Below are positions 9,521 through 18,663 of a stretch of 64,000 bases of DNA, in pieces. A program made the position numbers and the translations under genes. The stretch is from Candidatus Krumholzibacteriota bacterium. GTDB taxonomy: Bacteria > Krumholzibacteriota > Krumholzibacteriia > JAJRXK01. The notes beneath the pieces are model-generated. The model was not told the DNA's origin. It saw nothing but the letters and a program-made list of their open reading frames with translations, and did not search any database. Numbering within the stretch: the first letter of the stretch is position 1; each line of letters begins with the position of its first letter. The stretch covers positions 64,001 to 128,000 of the forward strand of contig CAVSGG010000003.1 in assembly GCA_963727455.1 (NCBI GenBank), given 5' to 3'.

Positions 9521-11704
9521 CTAGGAGGCGGGTGACACAAATCCGCCGCTTTGAGGCCCCGGACCGTTCACGCCCAGAGCCTGAAGCAGGGAATGCAGCG
9601 CGCCCCAGTGGAAGGGTTCGAGCCAGCAAGCGTCCGCGCCGGTGCGCTGGACGAGTGCCTCGGCATGCTGACGCTCCACCGAAGTGCTGAGAATCAAGGG
9701 AGTGGAGGAAAACGCGCGTCTCAAATCGGCGAAGCCGGCCGCATCCTCGCGACCCAGCCGCAGATCGCTCAGCACGAAAGCGAGCCGCGCTCCTTCCACC
9801 ATCGAGATTCCGCGGGCGATGTCCTGCGCCGCGGTGACCTCATAGCCCCTCAGTTCGAGGATCCGCGCCAACTCGCGCCGGCGGAATTCGCTGTGGTTCA
9901 CCAAGAGCACCCTTCGAGTGACGGGAGCAGCGGGCTCCTGTTGCGCGCTTGGCGCAGCGGGCTCTTGAAATTCGGGATACATGTCCAGCATCGGATCGTG
10001 GACGCTGCCCGGCTCGGCCGCTTCCGGCATGGCCATGCGCAGGCGCAGAAGACGTGCGATGCTCAAAAGTGGAAGGGTCTTCCCCTGACGCCGTACCAGC
10101 TTGGTGGACACTTCGTCCCAGCCGTCCAGGGTCTCGTTGCTCGCCTCGAGCGCCATGTTCTCCGACAATCCGTAGCAGTAAATCCCCAGGCGCTTCTCCA
10201 CCGAGCCGACAATGACGATGCCCGTGGCTTCCTCCGCCATGGGATCGACCCCGGCCACGTACTGGGCGAGGTCGACCAAAGGGACGGTGTGTCCATTGCG
10301 GATGAAATGTTCTCCGTCGGTGTCACGATGAAAAAGCAGGCCGTCCGTACTCAGATACTCGTCGATCAGCAATCCCGGAAGCGCGGCCTGAACCGAACCC
10401 AGGTCCACCAACTTGACCACGGGATGCTGCGGATCGCGGGGCAAGCTGAGCACGAAACGCGTGCCCGGCTGATCGGCCGGTTCGACGACGATGATTCCGT
10501 GCAGCTCCTCGATGAGTCTTCGGCAGCGTCGTAGGCCGCGGTACAGACCCAGAGGATCGGAGTGGGTGAGCGCGGGCGTGCCCTCGAGCTGGGGCCCGTT
10601 GTCGCGCAGGGAAATCCGCAGGCGATCGCTCTCGCCGCTCAGATGAAGTTCGAGCCGTCCGCGTGGTGGCGCATCTTCCTCCTGCAACATCTGATCTAAG
10701 ATGTCGCAGGAATCCTCCAAGAGATGATCGACCACCCGGTTCAGTTTGCGTTCCACCGCAGAGTCGAGCGTGCACTGCAAGACGCCGCGCACGCGGTAGT
10801 CAAGTCGTCCTTGGAGCGCGTTGCGACGCTCTTCCAAAAGCAGGGCCACTTTGCGCACGAAGGGATCGTCCGACTCGTCGAGGGTGGATTCCACCGTGGT
10901 GGGAGGCGCCGTTTCGATGGAAGCCGTCTCCTCCTCGATCGTGGCAGCGCTCTCTTCAGGAGGACTCGGATCCGGCGCACTCTCGAGCTGCAAGAATTCA
11001 CTGAGGGTCGTTTGGAGCTGCGTGAGCTTCTCGCGCAGCTCGCGTCGGGAGCGCAATCTCTCCCTGAGCTCCTCATCGACCGTGCCCAGACACTGCGTGA
11101 GTTCCTCTGCGCTTTTTAGGATGGGTTCCTGGGGATCGCTCGGGTTCGTCTCTCGCTCACCCTGCGCGGAAGACTCGAGTTCCGCCGAAGGCCGCGGAGT
11201 TTCCTCCACGCTCGCGTCCTCGTCTTCGCTCGTTGCGAGTGTCGGCTCGTCCTTTTCGTCCGCGATCTCCTCGAGGTCCAGGATCTTCTTGGCCGCGGCG
11301 CCCTCTTGGTTGTGACGGAGCAGAGCGCGCAGCTCGCCGATCTGTTGCTCGAAGGGGCTCAGGTCCGCGTCGTCCTGCTGAGACTCGAGATGGCGCAGGA
11401 GTTCTTCTTCGAACTCGATGACTCCGTCGAGAATGAGTTCTTGGGTGGGGGAGGTTGGCCGCTCGCTGCGCTGGATGCTCTGCAGCCATTGCAGAAATTC
11501 TTCCAGAAAAGCGGGGAGGCTCGACAGACGCAGCGCGCGGGCTCCACCGGCCAAAAGACGGGTGGCCATGACGGCGCGCTTGATCGCGACGAGATCCGAA
11601 CGGTTGGACTCCGCTCCTGTGAGAAGACGCAGCCGGCCGATCTGCTCGGAGATTTGCTCCGAGAAGAGATGGATCTGCAGCGGCTGCGATGAGTTCTCCG
11701 GCAT
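9521..11704 (-). CDS. CheA-like protein (Hpt-like, HATPase-like, CheW, REC) with degenerate catalytic residues
   Basis: Domain order is Hpt-like helix bundle, acidic linker, HLLEDSCD/RDNG/GTRFVLSLP, CheW-like region (VPLVDLA, IVIVG..KRLGI) and C-terminal REC. Confidence 0.72.
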   Translation of the reverse strand: MPENSSQPLQIHLFSEQISEQIGRLRLLTGAESNRSDLVAIKRAVMATRLLAGGARALRLSSLPAFLEEFLQWLQSIQRSERPTSPTQELILDGVIEFEEELLRHLESQQDDADLSPFEQQIGELRALLRHNQEGAAAKKILDLEEIADEKDEPTLATSEDEDASVEETPRPSAELESSAQGERETNPSDPQEPILKSAEELTQCLGTVDEELRERLRSRRELREKLTQLQTTLSEFLQLESAPDPSPPEESAATIEEETASIETAPPTTVESTLDESDDPFVRKVALLLEERRNALQGRLDYRVRGVLQCTLDSAVERKLNRVVDHLLEDSCDILDQMLQEEDAPPRGRLELHLSGESDRLRISLRDNGPQLEGTPALTHSDPLGLYRGLRRCRRLIEELHGIIVVEPADQPGTRFVLSLPRDPQHPVVKLVDLGSVQAALPGLLIDEYLSTDGLLFHRDTDGEHFIRNGHTVPLVDLAQYVAGVDPMAEEATGIVIVGSVEKRLGIYCYGLSENMALEASNETLDGWDEVSTKLVRRQGKTLPLLSIARLLRLRMAMPEAAEPGSVHDPMLDMYPEFQEPAAPSAQQEPAAPVTRRVLLVNHSEFRRRELARILELRGYEVTAAQDIARGISMVEGARLAFVLSDLRLGREDAAGFADLRRAFSSTPLILSTSVERQHAEALVQRTGADACWLEPFHWGALHSLLQALGVNGPGPQSGGFVSPAS

Positions 11705-11737
11705 GGGTCCCCGCCCCCCTCGTCGAGCAACCTGCGC

Positions 11738-12574
11738 TTAAAGTTCGACGGCCCCGAACTCGTTTAGATCATAGATACGCTCGTCGCGGGTCGCCTTCGT
11801 CGGCACGGCGGATAGCTCCACCGCGCCGAAGGAGCTGAGATCATACACTGGTTCCTCCTCGCGCGTGGACTCGGTGCCCGCAGAATCCGCGGAAACGGGG
11901 CGCGCATCGGCGGCGACCGCCGCTTGCGGGGCGGCAAAGCCCTCCGAGACGGCGGGGCCAGGCGCGGATGGCGCCGGGGCCTGCGGCTGGGGGTGGAAAA
12001 GCTCCTCGTGAACCGCGGCCAGTTCTTCCTCGGCCGATTTCGGGGGCATTTCGCGCGTCGCGGCGTCTTGGACCCCGGTCTGAAGCGTTTGTGAGGACAA
12101 GGGGTCCTGCGCGGGTGCCGCGTCTTGCGAATCGGCCGCGCTCTCTGCGGGGGGCGATTCCGGGGCCTTAGCCTTCGCGCGCGCCTCCTCCACGAGCTTG
12201 CGATCCTCGCGCCAGCGCTCAAGAATCGCGACCAGGGTGGGTTCGTCCTGGAAAGCTGCCAAATCCACCGCGCCGGGATCGTCGATCTTGGCCGCCTTCT
12301 TCATGAGATTGCGGCGCTGCCGACCCTCGTTTGCAACGAGATTGGCCGGTTGCGCTGCCGTCACCACTGCCAGATAGCCCAGAAGACCCAGCAAGGCCAC
12401 GCCGCCGCAGACGGCGTAGAAATTCCGCAGGGCGATGGAATCCGAGAAATCCAGATGGCCTCCGAAATAGGTGAAATACGCGTAGATGAGGCCGAAACCA
12501 CAGGATGCGACGAGTAAGAAGACGAAGAGCCCCAGCTTCCAGGGCGAGGTGACAACGATTCTCTGCGCCGACAC
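11738..12574 (-). CDS. Hypothetical membrane protein (2 TM, low-complexity cytoplasmic tail)
   Basis: Two hydrophobic helices, an Ala/Pro/Glu-rich tail and a duplicated C-terminal motif (YDLSSFGAVEL / YDLNEFGAVEL). RBS GGAG. Confidence 0.7.
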   Translation of the reverse strand: MSAQRIVVTSPWKLGLFVFLLVASCGFGLIYAYFTYFGGHLDFSDSIALRNFYAVCGGVALLGLLGYLAVVTAAQPANLVANEGRQRRNLMKKAAKIDDPGAVDLAAFQDEPTLVAILERWREDRKLVEEARAKAKAPESPPAESAADSQDAAPAQDPLSSQTLQTGVQDAATREMPPKSAEEELAAVHEELFHPQPQAPAPSAPGPAVSEGFAAPQAAVAADARPVSADSAGTESTREEEPVYDLSSFGAVELSAVPTKATRDERIYDLNEFGAVEL

Positions 12575-12880
12575 GGCTGATCTCCTTGGAGGATAGTTCT
12601 GAGCACAAGCGGAACGTCCGACACCGGATCAAAGGCAAGATGGATGCCACCGGCAGCCTTGGGTGAGGAGGGAAAGGAAGAGACGCAATTCCCGCGCATG
12701 CGCCCGAAATCGGCCATTTGCGGTCGTAACCCCCTCTGAAGCCCTTCGCGCGCCCCCTCTTTAGCGCTCCGCGTCGGCCTGGCGCGGCTCGGAACGAGCC
12801 GCCCGCTTGCCCGGCTGGCACGCCTCCTGCCAGATTGCCTGAAAGGGCGGCCGATTGCCCGGCCGTCGGAAGGAAGGGCC

Positions 12881-13678
12881 ATGGTGCAACGCCGTTACCT
12901 CTTGCTCGATTCTGCGGAATCCTCGCGGGCGCCCCTGGAAGGGGACACCGAGGACTTCCTGCTGCGCTGCCTCTTGGGAGCACGGCGCGAGGCCTCCTTC
13001 CCCAGCAACGAGGGCGGTTTCGACGAGGACGTCAACGTGTATCTGGTGGGCCTCTTGGGTCGCTTCTTCTCATCGGGCTACCATGAGGAGGCGCGGCTCT
13101 ACGTGCACTCCTTCGATCTGGACCTGAGGCGGTGTGTCGAAGAGAGCCAGGATCCGCGCCAGATCTACCGACTCTACAAGGTCAACGCCGACCATCTGCT
13201 CCTGGCCATCGGCCTCTTCCAGAGCGTCGAGGGGCTCCAGCAGGGCGCGCGGCCCTACCTCGAGCGGCAGGCTCGCGAGCTGGAAGGCCGCGGCGGTCTC
13301 TACTATCAAATCGCCAGTTCGCGCCTGCGTCACCTCAAGCGCAGCGGCAGCGGCACCGAAACGGCGCTCAGCAAATTGGGAGACGGTTTTTCTCGCTACG
13401 CGGAGGTGTTGCGCTATCTGCGTTCGAGCTACTTCCAACTCACCCGGCGATTGGGCGAGGGAACGCTCTACCATCTCGCGCGCGCCACCGAGAAAGCGGA
13501 TCCCCCCACCACCTCCACTCAGGAACTCTACGATCTCTTTCTGGATCGCTATTCGGAGTGGCGCAAGAACCCCGACGCCGAGCGCCGCGAGGCCCTGGCG
13601 CGCGCGGCGGAGCGTCTACGCGAGGCGGACGATTCCTTCCATTTTGAAGTTCCTGGAGAAGACGAGCCCGGGGCCTGA
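12881..13678 (+). CDS. Hypothetical protein
   Basis: ATG start with AAGGAAGG RBS, globular composition and typical codon usage. No family recognised with confidence. Confidence 0.75.
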   Translation: MVQRRYLLLDSAESSRAPLEGDTEDFLLRCLLGARREASFPSNEGGFDEDVNVYLVGLLGRFFSSGYHEEARLYVHSFDLDLRRCVEESQDPRQIYRLYKVNADHLLLAIGLFQSVEGLQQGARPYLERQARELEGRGGLYYQIASSRLRHLKRSGSGTETALSKLGDGFSRYAEVLRYLRSSYFQLTRRLGEGTLYHLARATEKADPPTTSTQELYDLFLDRYSEWRKNPDAERREALARAAERLREADDSFHFEVPGEDEPGA

Positions 13679-13684
13679 GACGAT

Positions 13685-14518
13685 TCAGCGCTCACGCAGG
13701 AAATTCAAGACCTCTTCGTGCAGCGCTTCCTTGGGGGCCTCGTCCATGAAGACGTGTCCCCCGCTTTCGAATTCGCGCAGCACGGTGTGGTCGCTGGTGG
13801 ATTGCTTGCGCAGGAAGCGCAGACTGCTCGCGTCGACGCGCGGGTCGTCGCGGCAGATCGCCCCGTAGATGGGAGTCTTCTGCCACCAATCGCTTTTGCG
13901 CGCCTGTTCGATTCCCTCCAGCACTTCCACTTTCCAACCCAGACGCCGCCGCACCCAGCGACTGCGGTGCAGCCCCAGCGCCAGCGCGAGGCGGGCCCGC
14001 CAACCCAGGTGGATGTGAATGGCCGGCGCGAGCAGAATGAGCGAACGCGGACGCGGCCGAACATTCATCTGCAGCGCGACGGAAGCACCGAAGCTGAAGC
14101 CGACCACGTGGAGCTGACGGCACCACACGGCCAGCATGCGGTAACGCAATTCGGCCTCCACCAGCCAGGCGCGCCACGAGTGGGTGGAGAGTTCCTCATC
14201 GCCCGCCGGATGCGCCGGCATGCGCGCACAGAGCACCGAAAATCCGGCGCGGTGCAGGGCTTCGGCCAGGCTCTTCAGCTGCTTGGGGCCCCCGGTGCTG
14301 CCGTGCAGCAGCAAAACGCCGCCGCGGGAGCGCTCGTTCACCTTGAGGAACGCGCGGTCCTCGCTCGCGATGCCGAGGGCCTCTTCGGTGAGCGCGGTCT
14401 GCTGGGCGTAGGCCCGCAGGAGCGCGAGGCGGCTGCGCGGGTCGCCCTGGCCTTCCTTGATGTGGTTTTCCAGTTCCCAGATGTTCTTACCCAGAATCTG
14501 TTCGGTATCCTCGCTCAC
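13685..14518 (-). CDS. Alpha/beta hydrolase (carboxylesterase-like)
   Basis: VLLLHG, nucleophile elbow GFSFG and C-terminal GGH. The GTG start at 14518 was chosen over the longer ORF that overlaps queG. Confidence 0.85.
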   Translation of the reverse strand: MSEDTEQILGKNIWELENHIKEGQGDPRSRLALLRAYAQQTALTEEALGIASEDRAFLKVNERSRGGVLLLHGSTGGPKQLKSLAEALHRAGFSVLCARMPAHPAGDEELSTHSWRAWLVEAELRYRMLAVWCRQLHVVGFSFGASVALQMNVRPRPRSLILLAPAIHIHLGWRARLALALGLHRSRWVRRRLGWKVEVLEGIEQARKSDWWQKTPIYGAICRDDPRVDASSLRFLRKQSTSDHTVLREFESGGHVFMDEAPKEALHEEVLNFLRER

Positions 14519-14622
14519 GCCCTTGGTCCTCGTCTTGGTTCGTTCGGGTTTTCGTCCTTGGCGGCTCTGAAGACGGGCTAATGTAGCACAGCTGCGCCTC
14601 CAGCGCGCCCTTTCCTCGTCTC

Positions 14623-15831
14623 TCAACTGGCGCGCGCCGCGCCGGCCGCCAGCCGGATGAGATCCTGCGCCATGAGAGACTTGAGCTCGGCCTCGTTCTC
14701 GCGCTGCAAGGCCGCTTTCAACTCGAAAGCCCCGGTCGGATCCCCCAGTTCGGCCAAATACCAGCTGGCCGTCTCGCGCAGCACCGGCGAGGGGTCCTTC
14801 AGGAGCGCGCGGGCCGCATCGAGGCAATCCGAACGCCTCAGGTTGGCGGCCACGATGAGGGCGTTGCGCAAGAGGCCCTCGCGGCGCGGGCGCCACAGGG
14901 GCGTACTCTTGAAGCGGCGCCGGAAATTTTCTTCGTTCAAACCGAGCAGTTCGGGCAGGGTGATTCCGCTCACTGCGGGTCCCGCCGCGGTGAAGTCCTC
15001 CTGCGCGGGATCCTGCCCGCGGCGGTTCGCGCGGTGCGCGATGGGACACGAGCTCTGGCAGAGATCACAGCCGAAGAGCCACGCTCCCATCGAGGGACGC
15101 AGCGCGCGCGGAATGGTGCCGCGATGTTCGATGGTCAGATAGCTGATGCAGCGGCTGCTGTCCAGAACTCCCGGAGCTACGAAGGCATCGGTGGGACAGG
15201 CGGGTTGGCAGGCGCGGCAAGTGCCGCAAGAGCCCATGGCGCGCTCCTCCTGAAGCGGCCCCACCGACAACTCCAGGTCGCAGACCATCACGCCGAGAAA
15301 GGCCCAGCTCCCGTGCCTCGCACTCAAGAGCAGTCCGTTCTTTCCCAGCCAACCCAAACCCGCGGCTGCCGCGAGCTGGCGCTCGAGCGCGGGACCGGTG
15401 TCGACATAGGCGTGCCGTTTCACAGGACGCGGTGACAGAGCGGACTCCAGGCGATTGCCGAGTTCCTCCAGACGCTCCAGGAGGATTTGATGATAGTCCT
15501 TGCCGCGCGCGTAGCTGGACACGAAGGGGGCAATGCCGTGTTCCTCATCCAAAGGCAAGAGGCGCGCGGGATACGCGCTGGCTACCATCAGCACCGACCG
15601 GGCCCAGGGAAAACGCTTGCGCAGATCCAAACGGACCTCGGCGCTGCTCTTCAGCCATTCCATCTGGGCCTGGTAGTCCTTGGCAAGCCAGTCCCGCAGA
15701 CGCGACTCCTCCTGTGGCAAAGCACAGGGAGCCACCCCGGCGGCGGAGAAGCCGCACTCTGAGGCGAGCTTGGAAATCAGGAGACGTGTCGCCGCTTCCT
15801 CCGGCGTGATGCCGTCTCCCTCGGGTTTCAT
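14623..15831 (-). CDS. queG: Epoxyqueuosine reductase
   Basis: YARGKDYH, VDTGPALER, GWLGKN, CGTCRACQPACPT, CISYLTIEH and GCDLCQSSCP. Confidence 0.95.
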   Translation of the reverse strand: MKPEGDGITPEEAATRLLISKLASECGFSAAGVAPCALPQEESRLRDWLAKDYQAQMEWLKSSAEVRLDLRKRFPWARSVLMVASAYPARLLPLDEEHGIAPFVSSYARGKDYHQILLERLEELGNRLESALSPRPVKRHAYVDTGPALERQLAAAAGLGWLGKNGLLLSARHGSWAFLGVMVCDLELSVGPLQEERAMGSCGTCRACQPACPTDAFVAPGVLDSSRCISYLTIEHRGTIPRALRPSMGAWLFGCDLCQSSCPIAHRANRRGQDPAQEDFTAAGPAVSGITLPELLGLNEENFRRRFKSTPLWRPRREGLLRNALIVAANLRRSDCLDAARALLKDPSPVLRETASWYLAELGDPTGAFELKAALQRENEAELKSLMAQDLIRLAAGAARAS

Positions 15832-16424
15832 CGCGCCGTGGTTTGTGCTGCGATTCCGTGATCGAGAATTCCCATCATCGTGCGGACCAGTTCTTCGGGG
15901 GAGCCGTCACGCTGGGGGCTATACCAAGTATAGATCCAGTTGATCATGCCGAAGACCGAGAGAGTCGCACGCCGGCGCTCCTCTTCCTCCCAAGCACCGC
16001 CGCTCAATTCGTCGATGACCTTGGACACGATCTGGTAGTACTCCCGCTTCATGTCGTCGATGTGTTGCCGATAGCCCCCGTCCAGAGAATTGGCCTCGTG
16101 ACTCAACACACGCATCTCGGTGACGTTTTGCGTGAAGAACTCCAGATGATTGCGCACGATCTCCTCGAGCTGGCGCCGCGGATCACTGATTCCCGCAAGG
16201 CGTTCCTTGAGACGGTCCAGCACTTCGCGGAAGCAGAAACTCTGGATGGAGAAGAGGATCTCCTCCTTGCCGGAAAAGTAGTGATACATCCCGGCCAGTG
16301 ACATGCCGGTGACCTTGGCGATGTCGCGCATGGACGCGTGATGGTATCCCTTCTCGCTGAAGACCTGGGCGGCACCGCTCAATACCACGCGCGATTTTTC
16401 GTCGTGTTTCTTGGCTTGATCCAT
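15828..16424 (-). CDS. TetR/AcrR family regulator (KstR2-like C-terminus)
   Basis: FSEKGYHHASMRDIA...MYHYFSGKEEIL and GMINWIYTWY. Overlaps the queG start (ATGA). Confidence 0.92.
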   Translation of the reverse strand: MDQAKKHDEKSRVVLSGAAQVFSEKGYHHASMRDIAKVTGMSLAGMYHYFSGKEEILFSIQSFCFREVLDRLKERLAGISDPRRQLEEIVRNHLEFFTQNVTEMRVLSHEANSLDGGYRQHIDDMKREYYQIVSKVIDELSGGAWEEEERRRATLSVFGMINWIYTWYSPQRDGSPEELVRTMMGILDHGIAAQTTAR

Positions 16425-16513
16425 GGCAGTCCATCCTCAATGGAGACGCAGATTCGAACCGACTATCCGCCTCCGCCCAAAGGTCGCGCGGGCTGAGCCC
16501 CGCGCGCACGAGC

Positions 16514-17974
16514 CTAGGCCGAGGGGTAGTTGGGGGCTCCCTTGGTGACCTGGACGTCATGGGGATGACTCTCCCGCAATCCGGCCGGGCTCACCCTTAG
16601 GAATGTCGTATCTGATTTTAAGGTCTCCAAATCTTTTGCCCCGCAATAACCCATTCCGGCGCGCAATCCGCCCATCAACTGGTGCACCGTATCCTTGAGG
16701 GGACCCTTGAAGGCCACGCGACCCTCGATTCCCTCCGGCACCAGTTTGGCCGCCTCCGTTTCGTCCTGGAAGTAGCGGTCTCCCGAGCCCTGCTGCATCG
16801 CCCCCACCGAACCCATTCCCCGGTAGACCTTGTAACTGCGGCCTTCGTAGAGAATCAACTCGCCCGGGCTCTCCTGGGTGCCGGCCAAGAGCCCGCCCAC
16901 CATGACGCAGTTCGCTCCGGCGGCCAGGGCCTTCACGATGTCTCCGCTGTACTTGATGCCCCCGTCGGCGATGAGGGGAATGCCGGCTCCGCCGCAGACT
17001 TTCGCGACCTCCCAGATGGCGCTGATCTGAGGCACCCCGATCCCGGCCACCACGCGAGTGGTGCAGATGCTGCCCGGTCCCATGCCCACTTTCACGGCAT
17101 CACAGCCGGTATCCAGCAGCGCCCGCGCGGCCTCCTGGGTCGCGATGTTGCCCACCACGAGCGGCAGCTCGGGATACTGCCTCTTGATGAGCCGCGCGGC
17201 CTGCAGGATGTTGCGGCTGTGTCCGTGCGCGGAGTCGAGGGCGATCACGTCCACTCCCCGTTCCACCAGCCGCTCCAGGCGTTCCTCGAGCAGAGGATCG
17301 GCCCCCACCGCCGCGCCGGCACGCAGGCGCCCGTGCTCGTCCTTGCAGCTGTTGGGGTAGTCCAGCTTCTTCTGGATGTCCTTGATGGTAATGAGCCCGC
17401 GCAGCATCCCTTCTTCGTCGACCACCGGCAGTTTCTCGATGCGGCCGCTGTGCAGAATGCGCGCGGCTTCCTTCAGGGTGGTGCCCACCGCTGCGGTGAT
17501 GAGATTTTCTTTCGTCATCACCGCCTCGATCGGCTGGTGGGGATCCTCCAGGAAGCGTAGGTCGCGGTTGGTCAGGATGCCCACCAACTTGCCTTCGCGG
17601 GTGATGGGCACTCCGGAAATGCGGAACTTCCGCATGACCTCCAGGGCCTGGGTCACCTGATCCTCGGGGCTCAGGGTGATGGGCCGGCTGATCATCCCGC
17701 TCTCGCTGCGTTTGACCCGGTCGACCTGATTGGCCTGTTCCTCGGGGCTCATGTTCTTGTGGATGAAGCCCAGTCCCCCCTGACGGGCCATGGCAATGGC
17801 CATCTCCGCCTCGGTCACGGTGTCCATGGCGGCCGAGACCAGGGGGATCTCCAGGGAGATCTGCCGGGTTAGGTAGGTTTGCACTTTTGTTTCACGTGGT
17901 AGGACTTCGCTGTAACGCGGTACCAGGAGGACGTCGTCGAAGGTGAGTCCCTCACCCTGGATTCTATCGCTCAT
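16514..17974 (-). CDS. guaB: IMP dehydrogenase
   Basis: [18 protein letters not shown], a CBS pair, catalytic GPGSICTTR and YRGMGS. Confidence 0.98.
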   Translation of the reverse strand: MSDRIQGEGLTFDDVLLVPRYSEVLPRETKVQTYLTRQISLEIPLVSAAMDTVTEAEMAIAMARQGGLGFIHKNMSPEEQANQVDRVKRSESGMISRPITLSPEDQVTQALEVMRKFRISGVPITREGKLVGILTNRDLRFLEDPHQPIEAVMTKENLITAAVGTTLKEAARILHSGRIEKLPVVDEEGMLRGLITIKDIQKKLDYPNSCKDEHGRLRAGAAVGADPLLEERLERLVERGVDVIALDSAHGHSRNILQAARLIKRQYPELPLVVGNIATQEAARALLDTGCDAVKVGMGPGSICTTRVVAGIGVPQISAIWEVAKVCGGAGIPLIADGGIKYSGDIVKALAAGANCVMVGGLLAGTQESPGELILYEGRSYKVYRGMGSVGAMQQGSGDRYFQDETEAAKLVPEGIEGRVAFKGPLKDTVHQLMGGLRAGMGYCGAKDLETLKSDTTFLRVSPAGLRESHPHDVQVTKGAPNYPSA

Positions 17975-18081
17975 CGGAGCTCAGCTCCCGCGGATGGGTG
18001 CGACGCAAGGGGAACGGCAGGTGGCCGGTAGAATAGGCCCGGGAAGGGACAGGGTCAACCGACGCGCCCGCGCCGCGGGCT

Positions 18082-18621
18082 TCAGGGCTGTACGGACTTC
18101 ACCTGGGCGGAGAAGATGACCGCCACCGTGACGTGCTTGCCCTGCGGGAGGTCGACTCCAGACGCGTCGGTCTCGCAGGCGGGAAAGTTGACGGTGCCCT
18201 CCACCTGCGCCGGATTGACCTTGGTGAAGACCAGAAGGCCGTCGCTGTCGTCGGTGCGGAAATCCTGGCGCGTGTCCGCCGAACGCACCGTCAGCTGGCC
18301 ATGCCAGGCGTTTTCCAGCGCGTTGTTGACGGGGAACGAGGCCTTGCGAACGATCAGATCGCCCACCGGCCCACTCAGGCTGAGGGTGCTCCCCCCCTGC
18401 ATCTCGAAACCGAGGCTCAGGCGGGCGTCGCTGCCGCCCGTGGGCACCATGAGCTCGGCGACATCGCCTTTGGCCTGCGATTGCAGGTCGCCGGTGATCG
18501 ACCACTGCACCGCATAGTCGCTGGGCGGCGGCGGCTCGAAGGTCTCCTCATCCTTCGAACCGCAGGCTACGAGAAACAGGACCAGGGCACAGAGGGAAAA
18601 CGACATTCCACGGGCGTGCAT
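18082..18621 (-). CDS. Hypothetical lipoprotein
   Basis: Lipobox LVAC after a hydrophobic stretch, RBS GGAAAGGA and a beta-rich mature part. Confidence 0.7.
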   Translation of the reverse strand: MHARGMSFSLCALVLFLVACGSKDEETFEPPPPSDYAVQWSITGDLQSQAKGDVAELMVPTGGSDARLSLGFEMQGGSTLSLSGPVGDLIVRKASFPVNNALENAWHGQLTVRSADTRQDFRTDDSDGLLVFTKVNPAQVEGTVNFPACETDASGVDLPQGKHVTVAVIFSAQVKSVQP

Positions 18622-18663
18622 GACGGTTCCTTTCCCGACGCGCGCAAGCTTCGCGTGCGTCAC

